IMG/VR virus record: IMGVR_UViG_3300030389_002443
Coordinates: 3,132 to 67,131 of that record
DNA: 64,000 bases
Origin: a virus
Strand: one strand, 5' to 3'
Positions 56,044 to 64,000 of this stretch are shown here, in pieces (the first letter of the stretch is position 1; every line of letters starts with the position of its first letter). The notes beneath the pieces were generated by a model that was given only the letters and a program-made list of their open reading frames with translations, was not told the DNA's origin and did no database searches. A program made the position numbers and the translations under genes.

Positions 56044-56185
56044 TTTCTTCAACTACTGTTTCTTCTTTTTTCTTTCTAGACTTGCGTTGTTTCTTTGGCT
56101 TAGGAGGATTTTTCTTAGCCTCTAATACTCTTAATTTAGGAATTGCTTCTCTACGATGAGATTTTAAATTAATTGTTTTTTCCAT
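56036..56185 (-). CDS. Small basic protein (49 aa)
   Basis: Manual translation MEKTINLKSHRREAIPKLRVLEAKKNPPKPKKQRKSRKK...; GGTGA RBS. Confidence 0.5.
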   Translation of the reverse strand: MEKTINLKSHRREAIPKLRVLEAKKNPPKPKKQRKSRKKKEETVVEENE

Positions 56186-56190
56186 CTAAA

Positions 56191-57948
56191 TCACCCTTGT
56201 AATACCCAGTGTGTTTTCACTGTGCATGAATTCAAAGTTCTAGGCATAATTGTAGCATCTACAATGAAAGGACTGTTATCTTCTGGTATTGGGAAGTTAG
56301 CCGCACTAATAAAATAATCTGTGAATTTCAATGTAATGTTTTCACCATTTTCTTTTGTAAAAAGTAACTCAATCATTTGTGCGCTAGTGCTTGGATTTTC
56401 TGCATCATTTAATAATTGGTCAAACAATAATGAATCTGTAACTAAACCACTTAATGTAATCTCATACATTCTTTGTGCTGGTAAAATTGATTTTGAACCT
56501 TTCTTATAATTACCGACAAATCTTTTTTCTTGTAAGTTATTGTTTATTGTTAATGTAAAGTTTGATATTTTCAAAAACTGTTGGCCGAATATGCTTAAAC
56601 TACCATCATGGAAAAAGAATGGTTTTAGGAACTCTTCTACACTAGCATTTGCTCCACCAGCACCAGAGCCAAAGTTGATTAAACTCCTATCATCTGTTAC
56701 TCCTCTTCTTGCTAAATAAGCCGCAGCGACAGAAGATGTATCATTACCTTGTGGTTTTATAATTTGCTTTGTCATTAAATCCATGCTCATTTTAAGTTCT
56801 TCACCTTCATTAGCCATTAAAGTTAAAGTATTGACTGTATTACCTGTTGCTATTCTTGTAAAAACTTCATCACTTACTGTTAATGTTTTTGATGTCCCAT
56901 CATTAGCAGTAGTCGAGTAACTTTGGTTTGTACCGTCTGATAACATTGATTGTGTAGGTGAACCTTTGTTGATTACATGTTCTAATGTAAAGGAAGGCAA
57001 TTCACTACCATTGGCTTCTCCAAAAGTATAGGTGATTGCATTATCTATTTCACCATCTGCTCCAACAGTTGAATGTGTTAGTAGTTCTAAAGTTTCAGTT
57101 GCACTTGCTACATGTGCTTCCGCAGTTATCCCTAAATCAGAAGGTATTGCTGGTGGACATGAAACATTGTCAACACTTCGGTAAAAGAACGGGCCTTGTT
57201 CTAACATCCCAGAATTATTTCCACTAGAACCATCATCTAAATAAAATCCAGTGGTGGTTGTTGTAACAAACATATCAGTATAGTTATCAACTCCTGTAAA
57301 TGTAGCATTTATATTAGTACATTTACCTAACGCATAATACAACCATGTTCCTTGATTAGCACTAACTTCAAAGGCCCCTCCTGCTGCGTTTTCCATTCCT
57401 TTAAATTGGAAAGTAAAATTTCTACTTCCTCCAAGAGCAAGATTCTTTTGTAATACTTCTATTTCTGGATTAGGGAAAGTAATAGTGTTTACTATTCCTA
57501 ACCAATTATCTGCGAGCAATGTAGGTTGGGCTTGACCACCATCATCATTTGTTTTAGGGCCGAAAACTGGCGCACCAAACTTTCTTATAATGATATAAGT
57601 ATTATCACCAGTTCCACTATGGTATTCTTCATTGAAATAAAGTTTATTATAACTGTTACCAGAAATAACTCTACTGTGTACGAGAGTTCCATCATCTTTA
57701 ATAAAATCAGCAATACAACCACTATAGACACTATCTGTTAACAAATATTTATCAGTAAATGCTACTCCACTGTTATTAAATTGAGATTTAAGGTCGGCTA
57801 AATCAAGTTCATATTGTCCTCTAGTTTTATCTGTGGACGTGGTTGAACTGCTAAATGCCCCGTCTTTAAATCCTAAAAATAAATCACTCTCTGGGACTAA
57901 TGTTACTGATGCACCAGACCCCATCCATACTTCACTATTCGTTACCAT
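56191..57948 (-). CDS. Major tail (tube) protein
   Basis: WLYYALG, LPSFTLE, FTLTINNNL, position before chaperones. Confidence 0.75.
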   Translation of the reverse strand: MVTNSEVWMGSGASVTLVPESDLFLGFKDGAFSSSTTSTDKTRGQYELDLADLKSQFNNSGVAFTDKYLLTDSVYSGCIADFIKDDGTLVHSRVISGNSYNKLYFNEEYHSGTGDNTYIIIRKFGAPVFGPKTNDDGGQAQPTLLADNWLGIVNTITFPNPEIEVLQKNLALGGSRNFTFQFKGMENAAGGAFEVSANQGTWLYYALGKCTNINATFTGVDNYTDMFVTTTTTGFYLDDGSSGNNSGMLEQGPFFYRSVDNVSCPPAIPSDLGITAEAHVASATETLELLTHSTVGADGEIDNAITYTFGEANGSELPSFTLEHVINKGSPTQSMLSDGTNQSYSTTANDGTSKTLTVSDEVFTRIATGNTVNTLTLMANEGEELKMSMDLMTKQIIKPQGNDTSSVAAAYLARRGVTDDRSLINFGSGAGGANASVEEFLKPFFFHDGSLSIFGQQFLKISNFTLTINNNLQEKRFVGNYKKGSKSILPAQRMYEITLSGLVTDSLLFDQLLNDAENPSTSAQMIELLFTKENGENITLKFTDYFISAANFPIPEDNSPFIVDATIMPRTLNSCTVKTHWVLQG

Positions 57949-57971
57949 TTTTTTTTCACCTACTTACTTAC

Positions 57972-58535
57972 TTACGGTAAGGCCACTGCATACTTTTGTA
58001 ATTCTATCTGAACTTTGTACCCAAACAGCCTTTTGGCTCGGTCATTCGACTCCGTTCTACCCCTTAAATATATAAGGTCGAAAGAATTAGAATCTCCACT
58101 AACTGTCACCTTCGCTCCTTTGCGATTCGCCTCAAGTCTATGACGGACAATTTTATACAAATTTTCTAGTCTATCTCTAGCAAAATTGGCATCACTTGCC
58201 CCTCTATCGTCTTGTATTGTGCGAATATGTAATGTTAATGTGTAGATTTCATTCCTAATATCATAGGCTACTGTAGGATAATTTATTGTCTGAGAATCCT
58301 CAAAAACTACTATGAGGTCAGAAGAAGATTCTCCAGCAGCCGCAGTAGATAAATCATAAGCCCTACCTTTGTTTTTTGTCATGTTGCGAATGTCTATAAT
58401 TGTTGGAGTTACTTGATGTGCAGCAGGTATAGATAATGAAGAAATTGAACCTGCCCATGTATTAGTTCCACCATATTGGCTAGTAGCAATATTAGTACCT
58501 TTTAACAACTCAACAACATAGGTTACTTCATCCAT
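57972..58535 (-). CDS. Tail terminator / completion protein
   Basis: Position between adaptor and tail tube; alpha/beta pattern. Confidence 0.55.
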   Translation of the reverse strand: MDEVTYVVELLKGTNIATSQYGGTNTWAGSISSLSIPAAHQVTPTIIDIRNMTKNKGRAYDLSTAAAGESSSDLIVVFEDSQTINYPTVAYDIRNEIYTLTLHIRTIQDDRGASDANFARDRLENLYKIVRHRLEANRKGAKVTVSGDSNSFDLIYLRGRTESNDRAKRLFGYKVQIELQKYAVALP

Positions 58536-58539
58536 AATA

Positions 58540-58695
58540 TCACTTTAATTTTCTTGCATCTTTAGCCCATAAATCTAACGCCTCAGATAGTATATCTTCT
58601 TGACTTAATCTTCTAGCAAATGCGCCAAACCCTGCCTCAGCAAACATAGCCTCTAAATCTTGTACATCTTTCATGTATTGTTTCAAAGACTTCAA
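58540..58695 (-). CDS. Small hypothetical protein (51 aa)
   Basis: Manual translation from TTG overlapping upstream stop; fills the gap. Confidence 0.45.
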   Translation of the reverse strand: MKSLKQYMKDVQDLEAMFAEAGFGAFARRLSQEDILSEALDLWAKDARKLK

Positions 58696-59810
58696 TCTAC
58701 CAACACCACCGTACTCTTGTATGCATTCAATGTTTCATTTGCTTCTAAAGTTAATAAATCATATTTTTCTCTAGGAGTAATTTGATTACCACTTTCACCA
58801 ATCAACACTGTTGAATCATCATGACGCAATATTTCACAACACGCTAATTTTGTAGCGGCTTCTGCAATACTTGCTGGCACTCTTTGATTACCTGCGATAT
58901 AAGTTACTCTTATTGAATTAGATAATGAAAATGGGAACTTTTTTCTAAAGAAGATTCTGCCTTCATGCCCTATTGTCCAGAAGTTACTCAATCTACCTAA
59001 CTCTTCTTTATCTGTAAATCCTGTAACAGTTATACCATGTGCGTTCAAAGTAGATGAACTACCATTAAGATAAATTAAACAATTAGCCCCATCATCACTA
59101 GGTAATAAAGACGATATTACTACTTTATTATTATTTTCAGAATCTAATGTTGCATAGAAAAAGTCTGATACTTGTTTAGCACCTGTACTATCAGTTTGTG
59201 CTTTTGCTTGAGTTGCACCAGTTAGTGTAGATGTGTTAGCAGGGAATGTTTCATTGATTAGTGCTACAAGTTCTTCTGCCGCAGTTTGATTACCATAAGT
59301 TGAATCAAATCTAGAATCAGTAGTTCCTGCTAATAAATTAAACACTAAACCACCATTAGGTAATTTAAGATTGATTTGTGTAGTATTACTTTGAATAGCA
59401 GTAAAATCATCAAAGTTAACTGTGGCAGTAGCAGATGCTAAATCCAAATAATTGTTTCCTTCGTAGATTTCTAACCTTATGAGTTTACGAATGTGTGGAT
59501 TATCTAACTGAACAAACCCTACATAATCTACAAAATCAGTAGGTATTGCAACTACATTACTTGTGAATGAAAAGTTGTGGTACTCATCTCTATAAATTAT
59601 AGGTCGCCAAGATGTTCCTGTGATACTATCTATCCTATCTTCTACATTTCTTATTATCGTACCTACTTCTGCTGAGGTAGGATTAGTTGAAGAACTGAAA
59701 GCAGGTATTTGTAACATTGCTGCTATGAGAGTATCTGTTGTATAATAGCCATCTCCATTATTATAATTAGGGGCTATTGCTGTCCTATCAGATGGTGATA
59801 TGTATTTCAT
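58692..59810 (-). CDS. Head-tail adaptor protein with inserted domain
   Basis: EDRIDSITG.SW ... IRVTYIAG..VPASIAEAATKLA. Confidence 0.7.
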   Translation of the reverse strand: MKYISPSDRTAIAPNYNNGDGYYTTDTLIAAMLQIPAFSSSTNPTSAEVGTIIRNVEDRIDSITGTSWRPIIYRDEYHNFSFTSNVVAIPTDFVDYVGFVQLDNPHIRKLIRLEIYEGNNYLDLASATATVNFDDFTAIQSNTTQINLKLPNGGLVFNLLAGTTDSRFDSTYGNQTAAEELVALINETFPANTSTLTGATQAKAQTDSTGAKQVSDFFYATLDSENNNKVVISSLLPSDDGANCLIYLNGSSSTLNAHGITVTGFTDKEELGRLSNFWTIGHEGRIFFRKKFPFSLSNSIRVTYIAGNQRVPASIAEAATKLACCEILRHDDSTVLIGESGNQITPREKYDLLTLEANETLNAYKSTVVLVD

Positions 59811-60943
59811 GCAGTGGCCTCCTCAATGTATCGCTTTAATGATTCCATATTATTTTTTAAATGTTTCCACAAATCATTTTTGATTTGTAAATCATCAGTT
59901 TTTATATCTCTCCCCACATTATCTAACGAAGAAGGTTTATCTGGAGAAAGCAATTCTTCTATAGTAGGCTCTCTTCTTGTTTCTCCTCTAGTTGGCTGGT
60001 AAGTTACTAATTCTTCTAGAGGAATTGCTTTGATTGTTGCTTTACCTAATAAGTCATTTTCTTTAATTTCTATTTTTATATCATAAGTAAAAATTATGAA
60101 CGGGTTTAATAAGTAATCAGAATTACTTACAGTGCCAACTTTATCCTTCCAAAACTTATCTTCTAATTCATTAAACCAATCAACACCATCAAAAAAAGCC
60201 TCTAAAATTTTTCGTTTTTTTGCCTTACTATCTTCACCTTGCAATTGCTCTTTTATTTTTTTTGCAAATCCTTTTCTACTATCAAATTTAACAGAGGCTA
60301 ATTCTTGTGGTTCTTTATAACTTCTACCCCACTTTATAGGGAATTCTTTACCTAGCATTTCTTTTAATTGTTCCTGTAAAAATGTTTTAGTAGATGGTTC
60401 TGGTAACGCAGTATAAGAAAAAATATTATCTTTAAATTGTACATTAGAATTTTGATATTCCATTTTTCTCCATAGGCTTTCTTCTCGTTTTATTCTAAAA
60501 TCCATAGGTGTTCTTTCTAAGAACGTTTCTGTTAATCGAGTCCTAAGACCTGTGAATTCTGACTTTGGAGTATTTATATTTTTAAATGTCCAATCCTTTA
60601 ATGCCTCGTCTACAAAATTAATATCTAAATTTAATTTCTTTTTACCATCCTCATTTGATTCAGTTCTTTTTTGCACTGCTGTATCTATTCTTTCATTTTC
60701 TAATTTTGTAAACGCTTCTTTTAGATATTCTTTGGTTCGTTCTAAATTAGGATTTTCTTTTTCTGAAAATCTTTCTTCAATGTCAGCCATATAAGCAGGT
60801 AATAAATTGCAAATAATTTCTCCCTTGTCATAACATCCTATGAGCCAATCTAAAAGATGTTCTTTAATATCATCCACATTTAAATTACTTTCAGCGAAAT
60901 CCCCTTTGTCGGGAAAAGGCATTTTGATTTTTGTATCACTCAT
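59807..60943 (-). CDS. Hypothetical charged protein
   Basis: Long K/E-rich ORF coupled to neighbours. Confidence 0.65.
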   Translation of the reverse strand: MSDTKIKMPFPDKGDFAESNLNVDDIKEHLLDWLIGCYDKGEIICNLLPAYMADIEERFSEKENPNLERTKEYLKEAFTKLENERIDTAVQKRTESNEDGKKKLNLDINFVDEALKDWTFKNINTPKSEFTGLRTRLTETFLERTPMDFRIKREESLWRKMEYQNSNVQFKDNIFSYTALPEPSTKTFLQEQLKEMLGKEFPIKWGRSYKEPQELASVKFDSRKGFAKKIKEQLQGEDSKAKKRKILEAFFDGVDWFNELEDKFWKDKVGTVSNSDYLLNPFIIFTYDIKIEIKENDLLGKATIKAIPLEELVTYQPTRGETRREPTIEELLSPDKPSSLDNVGRDIKTDDLQIKNDLWKHLKNNMESLKRYIEEATA

Positions 60944-61629
60944 GCTAACCACTTGGCCCATGCAGCCGCTTTACCAATTCCTTGCATAGCCGCACGACCA
61001 ATACCTAATCCACTAGATGGGGCAGTATATGATACCTGTCCAGTGTTAGGGTCTAACCAGTATGGATTACCATAGTTGTCATAACCTGCTGGCGGTACAG
61101 GATAACCACTTGTGTTATTTTGTTGCATAGCCAATTGCTGATTGATTTGTCCACCCATCGGTTGGCCGTTTATTTGGCCTTGCATCATCCCGTTATTTGC
61201 GGGCATACCTTGACCTGCTGGCGAGGCAGGACTTTGTGGGTTAAATCCTTGAGATTCTAAATAACTGTTTTTTGCTAACCTTCTTTGATTTACTACTTCC
61301 ATGTTTAGAGAAGCAGCAAGGATGGCTTGAATATCTAATTCAATATTTTCTTGTGTAATCCGTTCATATTCATTTAGACAATATTCATTTAGCCTCATTG
61401 TGCCACTTGCATTATCTACTGTAAATTCTATTTTAGATAACATTTTACTCATAACTCTTTCTACAATATCCTCTAAAAATTTCTCAATGCCTAAAAAAAA
61501 CTCATGGCCATGATATTGCAAAAATTCTTCTACATGATTGTCTTGCAATGTTAATAAATTATTCATTGCTTTGAAGGTATTTGTCTGTTGACCTTGTAAT
61601 GCTGTATTTAATGTACTACTTCTCACCAT
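60940..61629 (-). CDS. Helical protein with Q/G/P linker and C-terminal amphipathic helix (GTPase module)
   Basis: YPVPPAGYDNYGNPYW; GLGIGRAAMQGIGKAAAWAKWLA. Confidence 0.65.
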   Translation of the reverse strand: MVRSSTLNTALQGQQTNTFKAMNNLLTLQDNHVEEFLQYHGHEFFLGIEKFLEDIVERVMSKMLSKIEFTVDNASGTMRLNEYCLNEYERITQENIELDIQAILAASLNMEVVNQRRLAKNSYLESQGFNPQSPASPAGQGMPANNGMMQGQINGQPMGGQINQQLAMQQNNTSGYPVPPAGYDNYGNPYWLDPNTGQVSYTAPSSGLGIGRAAMQGIGKAAAWAKWLA

Positions 61630-62263
61630 TGTCTATCACTCCTACTAAATTTTCTATTTGTTTTAGTTTGCCTTGTATCTCCGACATTAATCTAACGTAT
61701 TGTTCTTTCGGAATCTCCCTCGTACCTTTTGGCGGCTCTATTAACCACCCTGCTGCTATTAGACTTGAAACTTGTGCTTGATTTAGGTCAGTCAGTGGCC
61801 CTTGTGATAGCATTGGGATTCTCGGCTTAGGAATATATCTTTTAAATTCTAAACCATGTTTATCAGCCAAAACTTCATCTTGAAGCATTTCAAATTGTTT
61901 ATACATGTTAGCATGTCTAGGACAATATGTTCCTTGTAGTGGTCGTCCTTTAGTTACTTCTGATAATATGATACCAGCCCTTAATGGGTCAGATGCATCC
62001 CACTCATGCCATGAACCACAAACCAGACACCTATTACGAATGTTATACTTGTAGCCAAACTTGAAAAGCAAAAATTTTCTTTTTTCTGGTAACAAAACTT
62101 TTCTCAATTCTTTTAATTTTTTTTTGGGGGCTGTATTTTCAAATCTGTATTCCATCATCGGCCCTGCTAATCTTGCGATTTTGCTAGGTTTGTCAAATGG
62201 ACTATGCGGTGAACTACTCCCTATTATTCCTGCATTATAATTTCCCTGCATCATTTTCATCAT
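61616..62263 (-). CDS. Putative zinc-binding protein (GTPase module)
   Basis: CLVCG ... YCPRH; C-terminal coiled coil. Confidence 0.65.
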   Translation of the reverse strand: MMKMMQGNYNAGIIGSSSPHSPFDKPSKIARLAGPMMEYRFENTAPKKKLKELRKVLLPEKRKFLLFKFGYKYNIRNRCLVCGSWHEWDASDPLRAGIILSEVTKGRPLQGTYCPRHANMYKQFEMLQDEVLADKHGLEFKRYIPKPRIPMLSQGPLTDLNQAQVSSLIAAGWLIEPPKGTREIPKEQYVRLMSEIQGKLKQIENLVGVIDNGEK

Positions 62264-62264
62264 C

Positions 62265-62930
62265 TCAATAGTCTTTTATCATTGTCATTACTCCACGATA
62301 TACCATTTCTGGGTCGGACTTTGCGCTCACGATGTACTTGTGAGTAGGTATTCCTTTATCATGTAATCGCTGCATACCGTATTTAAATGACTGAAATATA
62401 GGGTGGTCTTCTATTGGCCCTTCATGATTATGTTTTTTCCCCCACTTATCATATTTGTTTGCCCACAAACCTACTGCTTTAGGGAATTGTTTTTTCTTTT
62501 TACGTTTTTTGCCTATATACCAGTAATCGTCACAAACTAAATCTACAAGATAAGACCAAGCCAATTGGTTTTCTAAATTGTAAGTTTGTTCTAAATGTCT
62601 ATCATCAATCATGAAAATAATATAATCTACTTTTCTTTCTTTCATATCTTTTTTCCATAAATCCCAATACTTTGATTCCCCACCTATATCGGCAGTTTTT
62701 AAAGTTCTAGCATCACCATCTATCTTAACAGATTTTCTAGTGGCTCTTTGTAAACCAACTGTTCTCTTTTTAATATCGGCAACTTCGCCTCTTGTTCTTA
62801 ATTGATTGTGTAATGTTGTTTTACCAACTCTTGTAGCACCATATACACCAAAAGGTATAGTGTTTAATTTATGATATATTCCTAAAGCAATATCAGCAGC
62901 AACTACAGCAAATCCAGCCATTAATGACAT
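62265..62930 (-). CDS. Small GTPase, Arf/Sar1-like, with N-terminal hydrophobic helix
   Basis: G1 GATRVGKT, G2 RTVG, G3 DIGG, G4 NKYD, G5 SAK; switch-II Trp (DIGGESKYWDLW). Confidence 0.85.
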   Translation of the reverse strand: MSLMAGFAVVAADIALGIYHKLNTIPFGVYGATRVGKTTLHNQLRTRGEVADIKKRTVGLQRATRKSVKIDGDARTLKTADIGGESKYWDLWKKDMKERKVDYIIFMIDDRHLEQTYNLENQLAWSYLVDLVCDDYWYIGKKRKKKKQFPKAVGLWANKYDKWGKKHNHEGPIEDHPIFQSFKYGMQRLHDKGIPTHKYIVSAKSDPEMVYRGVMTMIKDY

Positions 62931-63136
62931 TAATGACCACCGAACCAACCCCACACCATTTCATATAAATTAATACCAAGTACACCAATCATATGACCTA
63001 ATAAGAAAGTAGCAACACTAGCAGTTACTCCCCAAAACCATGCTCTCATCTTGATAAAAAATAAATCAGCAGAATGCGCCCTACTCATATCATAGGCTAC
63101 TTGTTCGTTGCCTGTAATTGATGGGAGAAAAGGCAT
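62930..63136 (-). CDS. Small membrane protein (GTPase module)
   Basis: WFWGVTASVATFLLGHMIGVLGI; TAATG coupling to the GTPase. Confidence 0.7.
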   Translation of the reverse strand: MPFLPSITGNEQVAYDMSRAHSADLFFIKMRAWFWGVTASVATFLLGHMIGVLGINLYEMVWGWFGGH

Positions 63137-63145
63137 CTAACACAC

Positions 63146-63544
63146 CTACTGCTCTATTGATGCTAGGAATGTGTTTGGAACCTCATTATCTTGATTAACT
63201 TGTTTTTGTGGAGGTACATAGTTTACTCCATAATTATTCATAGACTCTCTAATCTTTTGTTTTTGTTGGGTTTCTCTTTGTTTCTTTTCCCAATAAACTT
63301 TAATCTTACGGTCTAATAACCATAGTTCCATTCTATCATTAACTGCTAAATCAAAACATGCTTTTAATCCCATGATTCCTCCAACTGTTAAAAATCCAAA
63401 TAGCACTGCATGTGCAAAATTTGTAAATGGTAATTCTGCACCATACGCACTATAAAAATATACATTCGTTCCAGATACCGCTCCTACAAACAATATCGTC
63501 ATTACAAGCCTTGTGTCTTTGTCCATTGCTGCCATCTTATACAC
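63146..63544 (-). CDS. Two-TM membrane protein with coiled-coil tail (GTPase module)
   Basis: LVMTILFVGAVSG and AVLFGFLTVGGIMGL; K/Q-rich helix. Confidence 0.7.
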   Translation of the reverse strand: MYKMAAMDKDTRLVMTILFVGAVSGTNVYFYSAYGAELPFTNFAHAVLFGFLTVGGIMGLKACFDLAVNDRMELWLLDRKIKVYWEKKQRETQQKQKIRESMNNYGVNYVPPQKQVNQDNEVPNTFLASIEQ

Positions 63545-63547
63545 CTC

Positions 63548-63823
63548 TCAGTAAAAGTTAATGAACATATTAACTGCTCCACTAACTTTTTTGAAGTAAA
63601 TACCATTAGTAACCATAACACCATGTAAATCTACATCTATCTTATCACCAGAAGTCAACCCTACTCTTGCTATTTCAGCACCGCTTGCCGCAGTATTATC
63701 ATATATTGCAATCTCTGCTGTGCTGCCACCAGACTCTTGTACAAAGAAACTAGCAACTCTAGCACTTCCTGTTAATACTAAAGTATCTGCTGTTAATTTT
63801 CCACTACTTCTACATGCTGGCAT
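63548..63823 (-). CDS. Small beta-sandwich virion protein
   Basis: IAIYDNTAASG ... GVMVTNGIY pattern; GAGGAG RBS. Confidence 0.6.
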   Translation of the reverse strand: MPACRSSGKLTADTLVLTGSARVASFFVQESGGSTAEIAIYDNTAASGAEIARVGLTSGDKIDVDLHGVMVTNGIYFKKVSGAVNMFINFY

Positions 63824-64000
63824 AGTATCTCCTCATTTACCCCAAAATACACCTGTCTATTAATAATATCGGTCAAAGATTTTCTTGTTGAAATTTTTCA
63901 TTGCGTAATGTTTCTCCCCACTTTCCACTAGCCATATCAAGATACAACTGGTCGACAATATTCATTTCTTTAGGGGTATAATCTAAATTCTTTATTAGCA

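Noticed and set aside
1-64000. Provirus or cellular chromosome segment
   Set aside because: No integrase, att site, rRNA, ribosomal protein or other housekeeping block is recognised; organisation is viral throughout.

Overview
This 64 kb AT-rich window is a large part of a tailed archaeal virus genome, most consistent with a magrovirus (virus of Marine Group II Euryarchaeota, Poseidoniales). The assignment rests on gene content only: archaeal-type replisome, TFB-like factor, TATA promoters and GGTGA/GGAGG ribosome-binding sites. Layout: (i) 0.9-9.7 kb, an early region of small ORFs punctuated by repeated palindromes and TATA promoters, ending in a structured ncRNA cluster and an iteron-rich candidate origin; (ii) 9.7-11.2 kb, a minus-strand block with HMG-CoA lyase; (iii) 11.2-38.5 kb, a plus-strand block with a ubiquitin-like module (Ubl ending GG-F, E1/ThiF, JAB, candidate E2, TFB-like), GroES/GroEL, ligase, RFC, SSB, RecA-fold ATPase, PCNA, split PolB, Cas4-like nuclease, primase, ERCC4 nuclease, MCM-like helicase and exonuclease; (iv) 39-64 kb, minus-strand tail and neck genes with a -1 frameshift chaperone, plus a five-gene membrane module built around an Arf-like small GTPase. 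I recognised no capsid, portal, terminase, integrase or CRISPR array. The best candidates for undescribed systems are the viral Ubl conjugation/deconjugation module and the Arf-like GTPase membrane module (possible egress machinery). Next are a 210-nt tRNA-mimic RNA, the palindromic cassette element and a shared W-x-D-I-L-K N-terminal motif. All calls come from reading motifs by eye; no database searches or folding programs were run.
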